DNA of 63,941 nt, the filler included, from Diploschistes diacapsis (Eukaryota): NCBI GenBank assembly GCA_023645945.1. It is 4 parts of 4 records of this genome, joined end to end, with 100 filler letters (N's around TTAATTAATTAA, not from the genome) between each part and the next. Parts side by side here need not be neighbours in the genome. Positions count along the whole stretch, not along the records: positions 16,154 to 32,183 come from JALAIB010000525.1; positions 32,284 to 48,288 come from JALAIB010000526.1; 2 more parts are not named here. One strand, written 5' to 3'. Below the pieces are notes generated by a model. The model was not told where the DNA came from. It saw nothing but the letters and a program-made list of their open reading frames with translations, and ran no database searches. Shown piece after piece: positions 25,101-36,929 of this stretch. A program made the position numbers and the translations under genes. Each line of letters starts with the position of its first letter. Within the stretch, counting starts at the first letter, position 1.

Positions 25101-26497
25101 CTGCAATTACTTGTCTCTTTTCAGATCCATCTTTTACCGATTCGGGCAGATCACGCAGAATTCTAAATGCAGCAGTTGCAAGAATCTTAGGAGAGATATC
25201 AAAGTCGGGACCGCTGGCATTTGCAAAACTTTGGAGGAGCGGTTTGAAGTTAGATGATAGAATATGCGATGCTAAAAGCAGTCAGTGATGCATTCTCGAA
25301 AGAACAGACCATGTCGTGTCGCTGCAGGCTTACCTTTGGTCCTCAGGTCCGATTTCGTTGACTGAGCAAAGGCAGAGGCGAAAATGGATTTGCCGACAGG
25401 ATCAATTTTGAAGTGATTCAGAAAGGTGTTCAGATCGAAATCCTTGAAAATATCACCCTCTGAAGTATCAATAACTTCGGCAATCTTCTTGGCCTGTTCG
25501 AAACATTGCGAAGCATTCTCCATATCTTCTACCAGAAGTTGATAGTTTCCAGGGTTTTCCATATTCCGGTTCACGCCTGGAAAGATTTGCGGGGAGTGTC
25601 CTACTAGGAGACGTCGAAAGTATTTGGCAAAAACTTCCATGCCGTGCGAATCAACAAGCTAAAACACGTTAGAAATACAATTCGAGATGATGCATGTGAC
25701 CCAGGCTTCGTCCCATGAAAGCGAGAGGAAAGTCATGCCAACCAATAACAAAAATGTTGCTAAGATTGTTGAAGGCTTACTTTTCGGATGGCGTCGGCTT
25801 GTGACTCCCACTTTGTTCTCCCTTCCTTTTCGCTGATGGAACCCAGCAGTAGAAAAACCTGCGCAATTACTATCTTAGATACTGACGATTCAGTAGAGCC
25901 CGCTCGGTTCAAGTTTGTAGAGCCGAACGAATTTCGCTCAAAGGTTGACGCAGTCGGAGACGTTACGTTGTGTCCCGATAGAGAAGGCGAAAACGCGACT
26001 GGTCTGGAAAGTCCTCCGCCGCTGCTACTCCCACCTCCTCCTCCCTGGGGTGCGGTAGTCGAAGTCGCGGCGGAGGACGCCGGGTTGGAATTAGTGAATG
26101 GCGTCGTGGCGCGTAATCGCGGAGACAGCAGCTGACCTGCAGAAAGCTGCTGCGATCCAGCCTGGAGAGAAGGGAAGAAAGGCAATGAGGTCGCTGACGA
26201 AGTATTTCGCCCACTCAACCGGCTGAGAGGGTTGCTGTTAGATTGGAAGGGCGGTGCGAAAGGAGAGCCAACCGCGTTGCTAGCGGAGGGGCTCACGGAT
26301 GAATCTGCTCGGCGCGCGCCAGTGTCACTCGTTGCGGAAATATTAGTGCTAAGAGGTGGTAGGCTCCGGTTGGGAATGGAATGAGGAGCAGACAGCCCCC
26401 AGGCTGACTGCCGAGGCCTCGCCGATCCTGAGCTGGATGATTTGGGTTCACCAGTAGGAGTTGGGTCTCGGGGCTGGTGAAGAGGCGGGAAGCTCAT
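19118..26497 (-). CDS. NOT1: CCR4-NOT complex scaffold subunit Not1
   Basis: Multi-exon, >2200 aa. LFACMIHGLFDE, YPLGPLATTAVLFG, VQDKVLFVLNN, LKNLGTWLGSLTIARDKPI, VTCKEPLR, LHHDFPEFL, NQLRYPN, RVLLERLIVHRPHPWGL. Last-exon end approximate. Confidence 0.96.
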
Positions 26498-27054
26498 CTA
26501 GGATACCAGTGCATGTGTCTGTATCGGGTGAGCAGGAGAAGAGATAGGAGACCATGAAAGGATGGGGGGTTCGGGATTCTCGAAGGCCAAGGTCGTGTAT
26601 GAGGGTGAGAAGGGAATAGATGTAGCAAAAACTGCATGGAATTGAAACCCGATGCTGCGGTGGAGATGTCGTCCCCCTGTCAAAACCTTCAGCCCTATAA
26701 AACTCAAGCTCCCTAGCCCACTTGGGCAGAAAATCACTCTGGGCATTTTTGGTGACCTCTTATTCTTACTTTTCTACTTAAAGAGAATGATTTGCCTTTG
26801 AAGTCTTGAGCATACTTAACCATTAAGAGGTGTATTATGCTCAAGATTACATTATTCAATATAAATGAGTACTGTAGGGGCGATTATTATAAGTCGCCTC
26901 AGTAAACTTTAATACAATGATCGCTGAAATTCACATTTACAGAAACCCAAAAGTACAACCTTGTGAGCATTGTTCAGATCACATGCGCAACACCATCTCA
27001 ACTGTATAAGCAAGGGCGAGCTGTAGTTGAGAGCACGGATCACGGGTCCGTGAT

Positions 27055-29354
27055 CTACCAGCTCTCCCATTTCTGTGGACCAATGCTGGCGAGTCGGTTG
27101 AACAGCTCGTCCCTAAGCGCCATTGCTGTCAGTTTCTCTACGTGTCCATTCTTGTCTACGATCTCCAGACCATCAAGCACAGTCCTATCCATGGCCCACC
27201 CAACGATAAGCTTTGATTTCCAACCCAACCCACCGACCTTTTTAAGTTCCTGAATCTGGTTAACGGGGATGCTGAACACCGGATCCATATCTTGTGCTTC
27301 TTGGCGACCCGTGCCATTGCTGTGATTCTTGGAAAACGAAACACATGGTATAGTAGCGGAGGTGCTGATGTATACCCAACCCTTCTTGCCCTTGTAGCGT
27401 GCTTGGAAATCGACGGGCCCGGATTGCACCTGCTCATTGGCTTTGGGTACAACACCGAGATGAGTTTTAGCTTTCGCCGAACCGATTATTGCACGAGCGC
27501 GATCTGTACCGAGCTTAGTCTCCACCCCGGCTTTAGTTGTGCCTTTCAAGAAACCTAGAACGCGGGCTCCATGACGTTTCTTAGGTGTTTCGGAGGAAGC
27601 ATCGGTCCCAGTTGACTCTGCCGTATCATCTGCGGTCACTGCATCGTGTAGCTCTTCGTGAGAAGCGTCAAGAGTATTAGTAATTTCATCGTGATCGAGC
27701 TCAGCTGGTTCATCGGGCGGTGGTTCGCTCGTGCTAGGCGGTGGGGGAATAGGAGCTTTGTTTGCTTCACCGATTCGGAGTAAAGTGATTGTCAGCTGAG
27801 CATTTGTCGGAACGCCCTTTAGAATGGTACTGTCAGGAGGAAGTCAACATTTGCCATTAACCCCACTCAAACCGAAACCTACTTTCTGAGTTCTAGTAAT
27901 TTCTGCCAATTAGGGAGCTGGCGATTCAGGAAGTCAAGACCACGCCAGATAAGGGGATCGCCGAAGAAACCAAATCCAACGAAAAAAGTATTCATCTTCA
28001 TGAACATGTACGAAGACGTCATTGCAGAAATGAGAAGCCCTGGGAGGACCAAGCCGGCGAGTTTGAGCCTCGGAAACTCCTTGGGAAATGGGGGTGTGGG
28101 AGACAGCGCACTGAGGCACGTTAGCACAATATAAGCCGTCAGCGGTGACACTCATACTTGGCGAATCTCTCCCAACCATCTGCTACATCTCCCAAAACAT
28201 GCATGATAGGCCTCATCTGCGACCACATTGCTTCTTCCATAGGTTGCTTAGTCTTATCATGCTTCTTGTTAGGAACTCCCCCGGATGCTGAGCTCTTTGC
28301 GTCGGCGGAAACCGCAGCCACGTCGGTGGGGTCCGGTATGGACTTGGCCATGGGGTCATGATCTGGCTCATTCTGCTCGTGCTTGCCAGTGGCGCTACTC
28401 ATGGCAATGGTGGCAAAGCCTGCGACGAAGTTACTCGCCTCCTGCTCCACAGCCTCTCCGCGGTGTTTTTCGGGAGCTCCTGTGGCACTGTCATGACTTC
28501 CCAAAACACCAGCTTTGGGAGATTGGACTCCGCCAGTTTTCGAATTGACGAGCGCAAGGGGAGCTGGTGGGAACATCAAAGATCGGGCTGGAGGGTAAGC
28601 GATAAGCGTGATTAGGGTTGCAAAAAGTGTTGGCACGATGAAGTCAAAGATCCAGGCAATTGCGTAGACCTGAGATGTGTGAGCATTTGAAAAAAGTCAT
28701 TGAATACGTTGATCATACTGCGAGAAACGCTCCAGTACGCCGTGGTTCCCTCCAAGACCGCAAGCGAGCAATATGCTTGCCGAAACCCATCAGTCCAACA
28801 ATAACCGTCATGTAAAGCCTTTCAAGGTTTGCCCTAAGCTTATCCGGAGAGAATTCTTCTTCATCGGCAATGTTCAGATCTAGACCTGCCAATGGAGTAT
28901 ATTCAATGGCTTTGACATGGTACATTTGCTGATACAATTAGCCACGCTTCCGTGACCACGAACATTTATGTACCTTGTCAAACCTTCTTATAAGGAGCCA
29001 AAGGTCTTCATTCTGAAGGCCACCGACTAGCGGTTTGGGGACATCTTTGGGATGCTCGTTCCATCCCAGATCTTTCACTTCCGCTTCAACATGCTGCTGC
29101 TGAGCGACACCCTTTTCCTCATGATCAGCATACGCAAGAGCATGACTATCGGTAGGGGCATCCTTCGCAGCTCCGGACCTGCTCGAAGTAGGTGTTATTA
29201 TAGGCGAACTGCTGGCTGTTGTAGAGGTTTGTTGCGTGCCCGGAATTGAGTCTTCATTTTGCTGATTTCCATCACTTAGCCCTTGACGTTGCTGTTCCAG
29301 CTCGTCGTCGGGAATAGGCTGTCCGTCTCGAAAAACGTAGCCTGGAGTAGGCAT
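27055..29354 (-). CDS. DUF3292 family membrane protein
   Basis: Multi-exon. DLGW...PLVGGLQNEDLWLLIRRFDK, LDLNIADEEEFSPDKLRANLERLY, HIARLRSWREPRRT, GEAVEQEASNFV, ELKKVGGLGWK, RDELFNRL. Confidence 0.8.
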
Positions 29355-29712
29355 TCTGTGCTCGGCTTGTTACCCAAGCAATTGTAGATGGAGCGATCCA
29401 GACCGCCATCTTAGACAGAGAAACGCACCTTAACAAGATGTGCTTTGGTCTTGCTCTATACGTCATCCCTGGCTGGCGCGGGCTTCAATTCTTAGCGAAG
29501 ATCCAACCAATGAGAGCAATTATGGGAATGCATGTAGCCCCTTTTCGACAGAGCAGCTCCCCTTTTTGATTTAGCGCATAGATGAGGATTACAACATACG
29601 AAAAACTAGGTTTAGGTGCTCACAGCACTTTACCTATCTATACATTGTTTGTATTACGGGCTGCTATAGTAGCGAAAGAAGAACATGGGTTCCTTTCCAC
29701 CTACAAGTACCC

Positions 29713-30137
29713 CTATGAAAACACATATTTCCGCCGGTTCCGCTCTCTCTGTCTTTTCTGAGATGAGCCATCATATGGCCGACTTGCCATGTCTTCCACT
29801 ATCCGCAGGCGGCCAGGCTTGGCCTGTCTATCTTGATCCCTTAGGAACATGCCATCCAAGTATTTCCCAGAAATTTTCACCATTCTGCTTCCGCTTTCTC
29901 CAGTCACAGCATCAAGTAGCATTAGGGCAGCAACATCTTCCTTACCTTCTTCGCTGTCATGGGTGGCCTTGGGAGCCATCCAGGCTTTCAGTAGTGCTGC
30001 AGGCTCAATCTTCCGATCAAAATCTTCAAGGCCCTTATATGCGCGTTCGAATGGGGTTGGGGGCTCGTGCAAGAGATGCTGTGGCCTCGGCTCTTCTTCC
30101 AATCCCATCTTCACGCTCTTTCTCCTCCATCGGGGGG
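29713..30137 (-). CDS. Hypothetical protein (probable last exon; 5' structure unresolved)
   Basis: 133-aa ORF of protein-like composition, preceded by a TAG that could be a splice acceptor. No recognised domain. Confidence 0.3.
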
Positions 30138-32183
30138 CTAAGAACGATCATGTCGAATTGTGAGTAAGAACTTGGGAACGGCGTTTCTAGAGCCAGTGCC
30201 GTTTGATAACCGCAATAAAAGTGAAGGCTTGCAGCTCAACTGCCAAGCCTCCACTTCCTGAATCACAGAAGTCATCATCAGTGCCTTGACACGCCAGCGC
30301 CCGGTATAGAGTTCGGTACAGTTATTTTTGCGTACAAGCATCCCGAAATAGCAGCAGCAACAACAAGGCGGCATGGTCGAATGGTGAAGACGACTGCTAG
30401 ATGCCCACTGCTGCCACCTTCCGAATATTCAATATTCTTCACTCCAGGCTTAGTTGCTACGACAACTCTCGGCGCTACGAACGGCACCTTCCACACCAAA
30501 GACAACACATCTCGACCTGGGTTAGCATGTCCGACAAAATTGGTGCGGGGTAGTTGTACCTGGCGGTTGTGAGGCTAAGAGCAGAGGCAAGAGCGAGGAC
30601 GCTGCTGAACTGCATTTGAAGATCTATGAAGTGATGTCTCGAAATCTAGGATGATGTAGTGGTTGCTAAGATCTATTGTTAGCTATGGGGGCCGGGTCGT
30701 GAGCGAGGCATTCATCAACTACTTACTTGCACTGCTTCTTTCCAATTTCGAGAAGCTTTTCGACAGTATACAGTCTACGTTTCTGCTGTGGGGGCTGAAT
30801 CGTCTTATATACCTTTGCAAAGTTCACTATTTCGTAAAAGCGGCCCCGTCAACCGAAGCAGGATCTCAACACAAGTTAATAGACGGGCTTTGGACATGGT
30901 ACCTGATCAGACCTATAGAGAGTCATCCCCCGGTTTCTGGCTTCGGTTACCCCGAAGGAACAAACTAATTGATCGATACCGATGTAACTTCTGTGGGTTC
31001 TGCGACTAATTGTCAACTATTCTGGCTTTATTGAGAACATATCGTGGGTTTTCGAGCTTTATCGCTACCGAGAGCTCTTGAGTTCTATGTAGCGTATTCA
31101 ATACGTGTAGTGACATAGATCTTGTAGGGTTATTCTTTCTGTGCCACAGTAAAATCTGGCAAGGTATTCAGAGGCCAAAGCTTCAGATCAGGTGGGGGAC
31201 ATTATCTATTGTCAGGGCAAGGATTTTGCCATATTCCAAGTAGTACTATTTGCGCCGAACCCATAGACAGCCACATGAATCCAGATTTCTCCGCACGTAC
31301 ATACGTTGTAATATTTAAGAAAAGATCGCGGTAGATGTAATCTTTATATCGGAATTGAGAACTACGCAATAGATGCTGAGTAAAAGCTGACAATTTACGA
31401 GATACAGATGGCGCAATGATTGGCACACTTCTCGAAGAAAACTTACCTCTTCATATAGCCCCTAAGACTTTGCTTACTTGGTGATTGTCTGAGCTGAGCC
31501 GTCTCTCACTGGGACTGACAAGCACTAAACTCAATAAGAGCTCTGTAAGTGAGTTGAGTCTTGCTCCCCTTGCACCAATCGTCCTCCCGATCCTGCAAGA
31601 ATTCCTCTTTGCTTTTTGCTGGTACCGCCGCGCTCAGGGGCTGCGCAGCGGAATATTGCAGTTGTATGAATGATGGTGCAGTGGATGTGTTTCCGCAAGG
31701 TATTCTCCAGGATCAAGGACTTTGGGGGGGGCTAAGACGAGTAACGTACGACTAGAGAAATCGAAACTTTGTACTACGAGCGGAGCGTCGGGGCAGGCTG
31801 CAGAGTGTTGTGAGATCTGCTGCGATATCGTTGAGTCGGCATTTTCAAAGAAGTAATTTCGCCAGTTCTGAGTTCTGGAACAGCTACTACCTTCTCCCTC
31901 ACGCTCTAGGTACATAGAATGGTAAATGTAGCTGGGAGAGTTTTCTGTCCTTATCCACAGCTCTAAGATCCCACCCAGGAGCTCGAAGGATGTTGTAATG
32001 TAACAGTAGTTATGCATGATAGACTGAGAATGATTGGTTAAGGAATAAACCTTCTTAGTTGCCTACAAGGCAGGCAACTAAACACCACACCTACCAACCC
32101 ATATAATCCCCCAAAGCACAATAAAAGGCAAAAGTAACCCAAGCAAATCCATCCCCACCAACTGACCCTCCCCCTTTCCAGCC

Positions 32184-32283
32184 NNNNNNNNNNNNNNNNN
32201 NNNNNNNNNNNNNNNNNNNNNNNNNNNTTAATTAATTAANNNNNNNNNNNNNNNNNNNNNNNNNNNNNNNNNNNNNNNNNNNN
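32184..32283. other. Artificial contig-joining spacer
   Basis: N44-TTAATTAATTAA-N44. Confidence 0.98.
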
Positions 32284-32339
32284 GATTAGTCTATATACAA
32301 GGAATGGATGGGACGTGACAAGTCTGGTACTTGGATCGT

Positions 32340-32800
32340 AACACGCTTACGATTATATTTTATTTAAAATCAGTTAACGATTTCTAGTTTATTAAAAACG
32401 TCGTGATCATAATCGAAACAAAAATGAATCTTTAAAGTCAGGAAATATTACGATTTAAAATTAAATACAATAATTAAAAAAGGAAATATAAGAAATTTAA
32501 AGGTATTATTGGCATAATATTACCGAATATAAATATTATTATTTAAATATATTTAAAAGATCTTTTTAACGTTAAGACGATATTTAAATATTTCGATAAT
32601 AAAAGTTATAAAAGCTTAAAAATAAAAGAAAATAGGAAAATAATAAAGATAAAAGAGAATAAAAGAAAAAAAGCTCGTTTAGGACTTAGGTTTAAGGCGA
32701 AACTCCCCGAAGAGGAAGCTACATCAGATATCTTAGACTTTTTAGAAGGAATATACGAAGATACAATACAACCGAATTAGGGGGAGTGTGAGAAGGAGCA
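32340..32800. repeat. AT-rich, RIP-like degraded repeat/transposon remnant
   Basis: Very AT-rich, TpA-rich and CpA/TpG-poor, with many TAA/TAG codons. Element class not identifiable by eye. Confidence 0.6.
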
Positions 32801-32896
32801 GGAGGACATGATTAGTTATACAGAATGTATATAATCCGCTTACAGACATTTCTTGCAGAGAAATACAATCCTTCTTCTCGATCAATATAATTGACA

Positions 32897-33790
32897 CAAG
32901 TTTCATCTCGACATCTCACCCTAGTGTCCCCAGTCTTTAAAGCTCTGATATCTGGACTTTATCGCGAAGGGAGAGCTTTGCGAGATGATGGCCTCGTCAG
33001 AATTCCATTACCTGATGACCCCATTGAGGGTATGATTTGTCCTGCTTAAGCTGCTCCACTTCCAATTTGAGCAGCCGAAGATGACCCCAGCACTCCTGAT
33101 GCAAATCGCCTTGTTGGCGGACAAGTATGATATGGCGACAGGAATATTGTATTGGAGTCGTTTATGGTGCTTCGACCTAAAAGACAGTATCCCGTCGATG
33201 TGGAGACCGGAAGTGATACCTTACATTGGATCATTCAGCATGTTGAAGATGTACGATCGGAGGGATAACATGGAAAATCTTGCTCGTGGTTATGTAACAG
33301 AGACGACTAGCGCAGGCGAACTCCCTATCCACGGTATAATTGGTGAGTCCTTGGACTGACCTTGTTGAATGCCAGCTTATAACATAGAATCGCTGCAACA
33401 GAACGACTATCTACTCTGGGAAATGCCTTTGCGGATGTGATGGATATGGTGGACAAGTATTGGGTGGAGGAAGATGGGGTAAGAATATGCGTTCACCATA
33501 ACTGGACCTGTGACGCAGTGATACTAGGACTACTCCTGAAAGGTCTAAAGAGAGTCCATTTGTGGCCATTACCTAATGAACCTTATCCAGGATTGGCGAT
33601 TGCAGAAATTATCTGCAAACTATTGACGCTGTGACTGAGTGCAAGCGTGTTCAACGTCTCGCACTCCACAGTCGATGTAGCAAACATAAGGGATGGTACG
33701 ACATTGATCCTAAACCATCGCCAAAATCCTGTGAGTTCACAGACTTGCAAAGAGTCATTTCGGATTTACGAGAAGCTGTGAAGCTGTAAG
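32897..33790 (+). pseudogene. Fungal BTB/POZ-domain protein, frameshifted and 5'-truncated
   Basis: QVSSRHLTLVSPVFKAL...IPLPDDPIEGMIC (frameshift) LLKLLHF...LLMQIALLADKYDM; later CDAVILGLLLKGL...LWPLPNEPYPG. Confidence 0.7.
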
Positions 33791-34979
33791 ATCCTCTGAC
33801 GTACGATCAGTGTCCTCTGCCTTGTTCTTCAGGTATTTCAGACTATTCGGGCTAACGCAAGAACGACAACTGGCAAGGCATAGATGCTGGTTTCTTTTTA
33901 AGAAGGATTATATATAGTGGAAGGCGGACTATGATTGTCGTTTCCTCTACTAGGCATTTACGAAGTCTAAGCTGAAGATAGCCAACCATGTTCTGATGCC
34001 ACATCTGTAGTCCTCCAAAATTCCAATATCAATGTCAGCCAGCTGCCATACCTTGCTCTTATAACTGTCCGCATAGTCGCATGCGGACTTAACGAGGATC
34101 GTCAGTAAAATGTCCCATTTTCCTGCTCCTTCCATCTCGGATGCGATAATCTGCTTATCTCTTACCGACTGTTCTCGACCTTTTCTAGATCTCAGAACGG
34201 TGTTCGCCGATCCATATCGTCCAAAATGCAGCTGAGGCTGGACTGTCGAACTCAGATGGCCATCAGTACTCGATCAATCTCGTCTGACGAGGTGAGATTC
34301 ATCACACTTCAAGGTTTTGCAGGTTTAGTACGTATTGCAGTATCCTTTGAGCACGGCTAGCATGAGTCTGCTGCGTCCTGATATACATGCGGATAAGAAT
34401 GTTCAAACAGTCGATCCTTACTAGCAGTGGGATAGAAGGTCTCAGACACCGTTTGCTACACAACTTATAGATGCTGTACAAGTCGAAATAATAAACGACT
34501 GAGATTTGGCCCAGTCTATAGCTTGGCAACCAATGCTCGGATTCCTGGGTTCACTCGTGCCAGAGTCTCCTCGATAGTAGACTTTCTGACGAAAGATCCC
34601 GGATGTTATCAACCATACCAGGCATGTATGCCAGCACAATATTGTGCTTACCGATCATTCCCGTCGTGTAGGCATACGATAGTTCGTGGAAGGAGGCCTA
34701 GAAATCGAATAAATACAATAATCCGACATACGCTCCATAGCATTGATCGGGCTTTTGTCAAAGCCTCGTGATTGTTCCGTTCAGTCTACCATCAGTACTA
34801 GGACTGGACCTCTTGCCAGTCCAATTATAGACAAGTAGCATAACCCAATGAACATATTGAATTAATCATCCTTTCGAAATGCATTTGATCTCAACGGAAC
34901 GATTCTCTAGCTTAGGATCTCCCGGCGAACTGGTAGTTTATGTTCAGGAAGATCCTCCATTGTAAACCTCCTTAGCGAT

Positions 34980-35240
34980 GTAATGAACCTTGACAGCGTC
35001 AAGATATCTCCGTTCACATATCCACTTCTACAGCCTATCAATGGCGAAATACTTTAAAGCCTCAAGTAAAGCTTTGGTACAGTAAGAAGTCGTGACCGAC
35101 CCGCGTGTCGTAGAAAATAAAAAGAACTCCAGTACGGAGATAGCGGAAGATGTGTTCGAAGATGCTAGCGTCCGTATCAATAAAATAAAAGCCATCCTCT
35201 TGCTTATCATTCCGTTCTCCAGAGAAAAGCTTAGGGTCAA
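34980..35240 (-). pseudogene. KCTD-type BTB (BTB_2) protein fragment
   Basis: DKQEDGFYFIDTDASIFEHIFRYLRTG...FYDTRVGHDF.LY, then a frameshift to KALLEALKYFAIDRL. Confidence 0.7.
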
Positions 35241-35465
35241 TATCAGGTAACATTATATTCAGAGACCGAAACCTAAAAGTCCAAATAACACAATCCCATA
35301 ACTCATTGGAAACGGAATCTCCATACAAGTTCCGTAATGATCTGGCCCTCTTAATCCACAATATCAACCCTATACACACCTGAACCACCGCTTATATTCT
35401 CCACATGCTGGGTTTCAACATGCTAGATATCTCCGTCCGAGAATCGCCCTATGCAAGCTGGGAAA

Positions 35466-36160
35466 ATGGCTGTCTCTAGACAGCAAACAGAGCCTGTGGA
35501 AATTACCAATTGCTTGCTATACGCATCCAAATACGTTCGACTGCATCCGGAACACCTCGAAGAGTACCTTATGTCCATTACTCAATTATAATGGATCAGG
35601 GATGCGAGAGAAGACAACTATACCCACATCGCATTCCGCGAGCCAAGGGATAAATTAAGTCTTCGAGAACAGATCGAGTACGAACATCACGTCAATTCGC
35701 TGTCTGATATAATGGACGAGGTTCAAGCACGCTTAGATCTACGCACACCAACAATCAGTTCTTCAGCAAACTCGTCTTCGGAGCCCGAAACCTCATCCAC
35801 AACCACCTCAAAACTGCCTCGGACTCGTGCAGGCCAATTCTGTATCTAATACTAAAAAGGAGAGAAAAGGTTGCAGATTCCTATTGCATACAACCCTCCG
35901 CATAAGTTATCGACGGTAAATCTGCAGACTGGATTACGAGAAATGAATCTTAAGAAGGACGTATCTGATTAAGCCGATATTCCTATGTGAAAAGACAAGA
36001 CTGGATCGAAGATAACAGCTGCAGACGAGACCGCAAGACAGTAAAAACTTCAATATAACGCAGAGAGACTGGTCGCAGCCGTTATTACCCAGACTATTTA
36101 TAAAATGATAGAATTTGGGCTCGGATACAGCTATATCACCAATGGTGAAGCATTTGTGCT
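35466..36160 (+). pseudogene. Spok (spore killer) family homolog, PD-(D/E)XK nuclease-domain fragment
   Basis: Manual translation: IEYEHHVNSLSD...RAGQFCI*...AYNPPHKLSTVNLQTGLREMNLKKDV...KLQYNAERLVAAVITQTIYKMIEFGLGYSYITNGEAFV. This is colinear with the Spok motifs as I recall them (RPDQICVY, EYKxPHKL, QYHAERL...ITQTYHYMIEGGLEYG..TTGEAIVFL). Several in-frame stops. Confidence 0.75.
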
Positions 36161-36929
36161 AAGCTGTTTCATTGTGTTCGATAGGTAGCTCGATGGCTTC
36201 CAGAAAACCATCCAGATCGACTAGTATCTCAACATGCGCTTGCATCAGCATACAGGTCGAATGGACAGGTGAAAGCGATCAAAGTTGCTTCCATCATTCT
36301 GGTTGCGATATGTGATCTCGACCAGCGACGAGGTTCTGCATGAAGTCAATCGAAGATCGAGTTGGCGAAACAAACAAGTGGAAGAGTAATAAATACTCAA
36401 AGTCTCTGCCAGCTATCAGCTATCGGCAAATATTCTAACAACTGTTCAACAGATATAAAATATAGTCTCTCATAAGTCGTAGAGCTCATTTTCATTCTCA
36501 GGATCTCAGAGGCCAGCTGCCTTGAGCATGTACTGCCCCTTACAAAATTACAGAATCGACTTGTGTCCTTCAAGTAAATATCCGCTATCCGTAACTATTA
36601 TCCTCCTGCCTTTTTCCTCCCCTTAACTTTTAAAGAAATTGCAAAGCTCCATTCATCATCGTCGCCGGTTCCATACATGTTGCCTTCTTTCGATGATTGA
36701 AGATTGTGGAGAACGTGCGTAGGCTCTGGAACTACCGATGTTCTCTTACGCTGGCCTGAATCGGGTATACTAGAATTTAGCAATTGCTGCTACGAAAAAT
36801 CAGTGGCGTGCCATATTCTTGTAAGCTTATTCTCCTCGTCGACATCCAGAGTTATAATACTGGTTATATTTTTGCTTTTAAACTTTTAGAAAAATAGTGC
36901 GGACGGAATACATGCTTACGTGCTATAAG

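Noticed and set aside
30600..32020. Scattered short ORFs at the end of contig 2
   Set aside because: No coherent frame, splice structure or motif found by eye.
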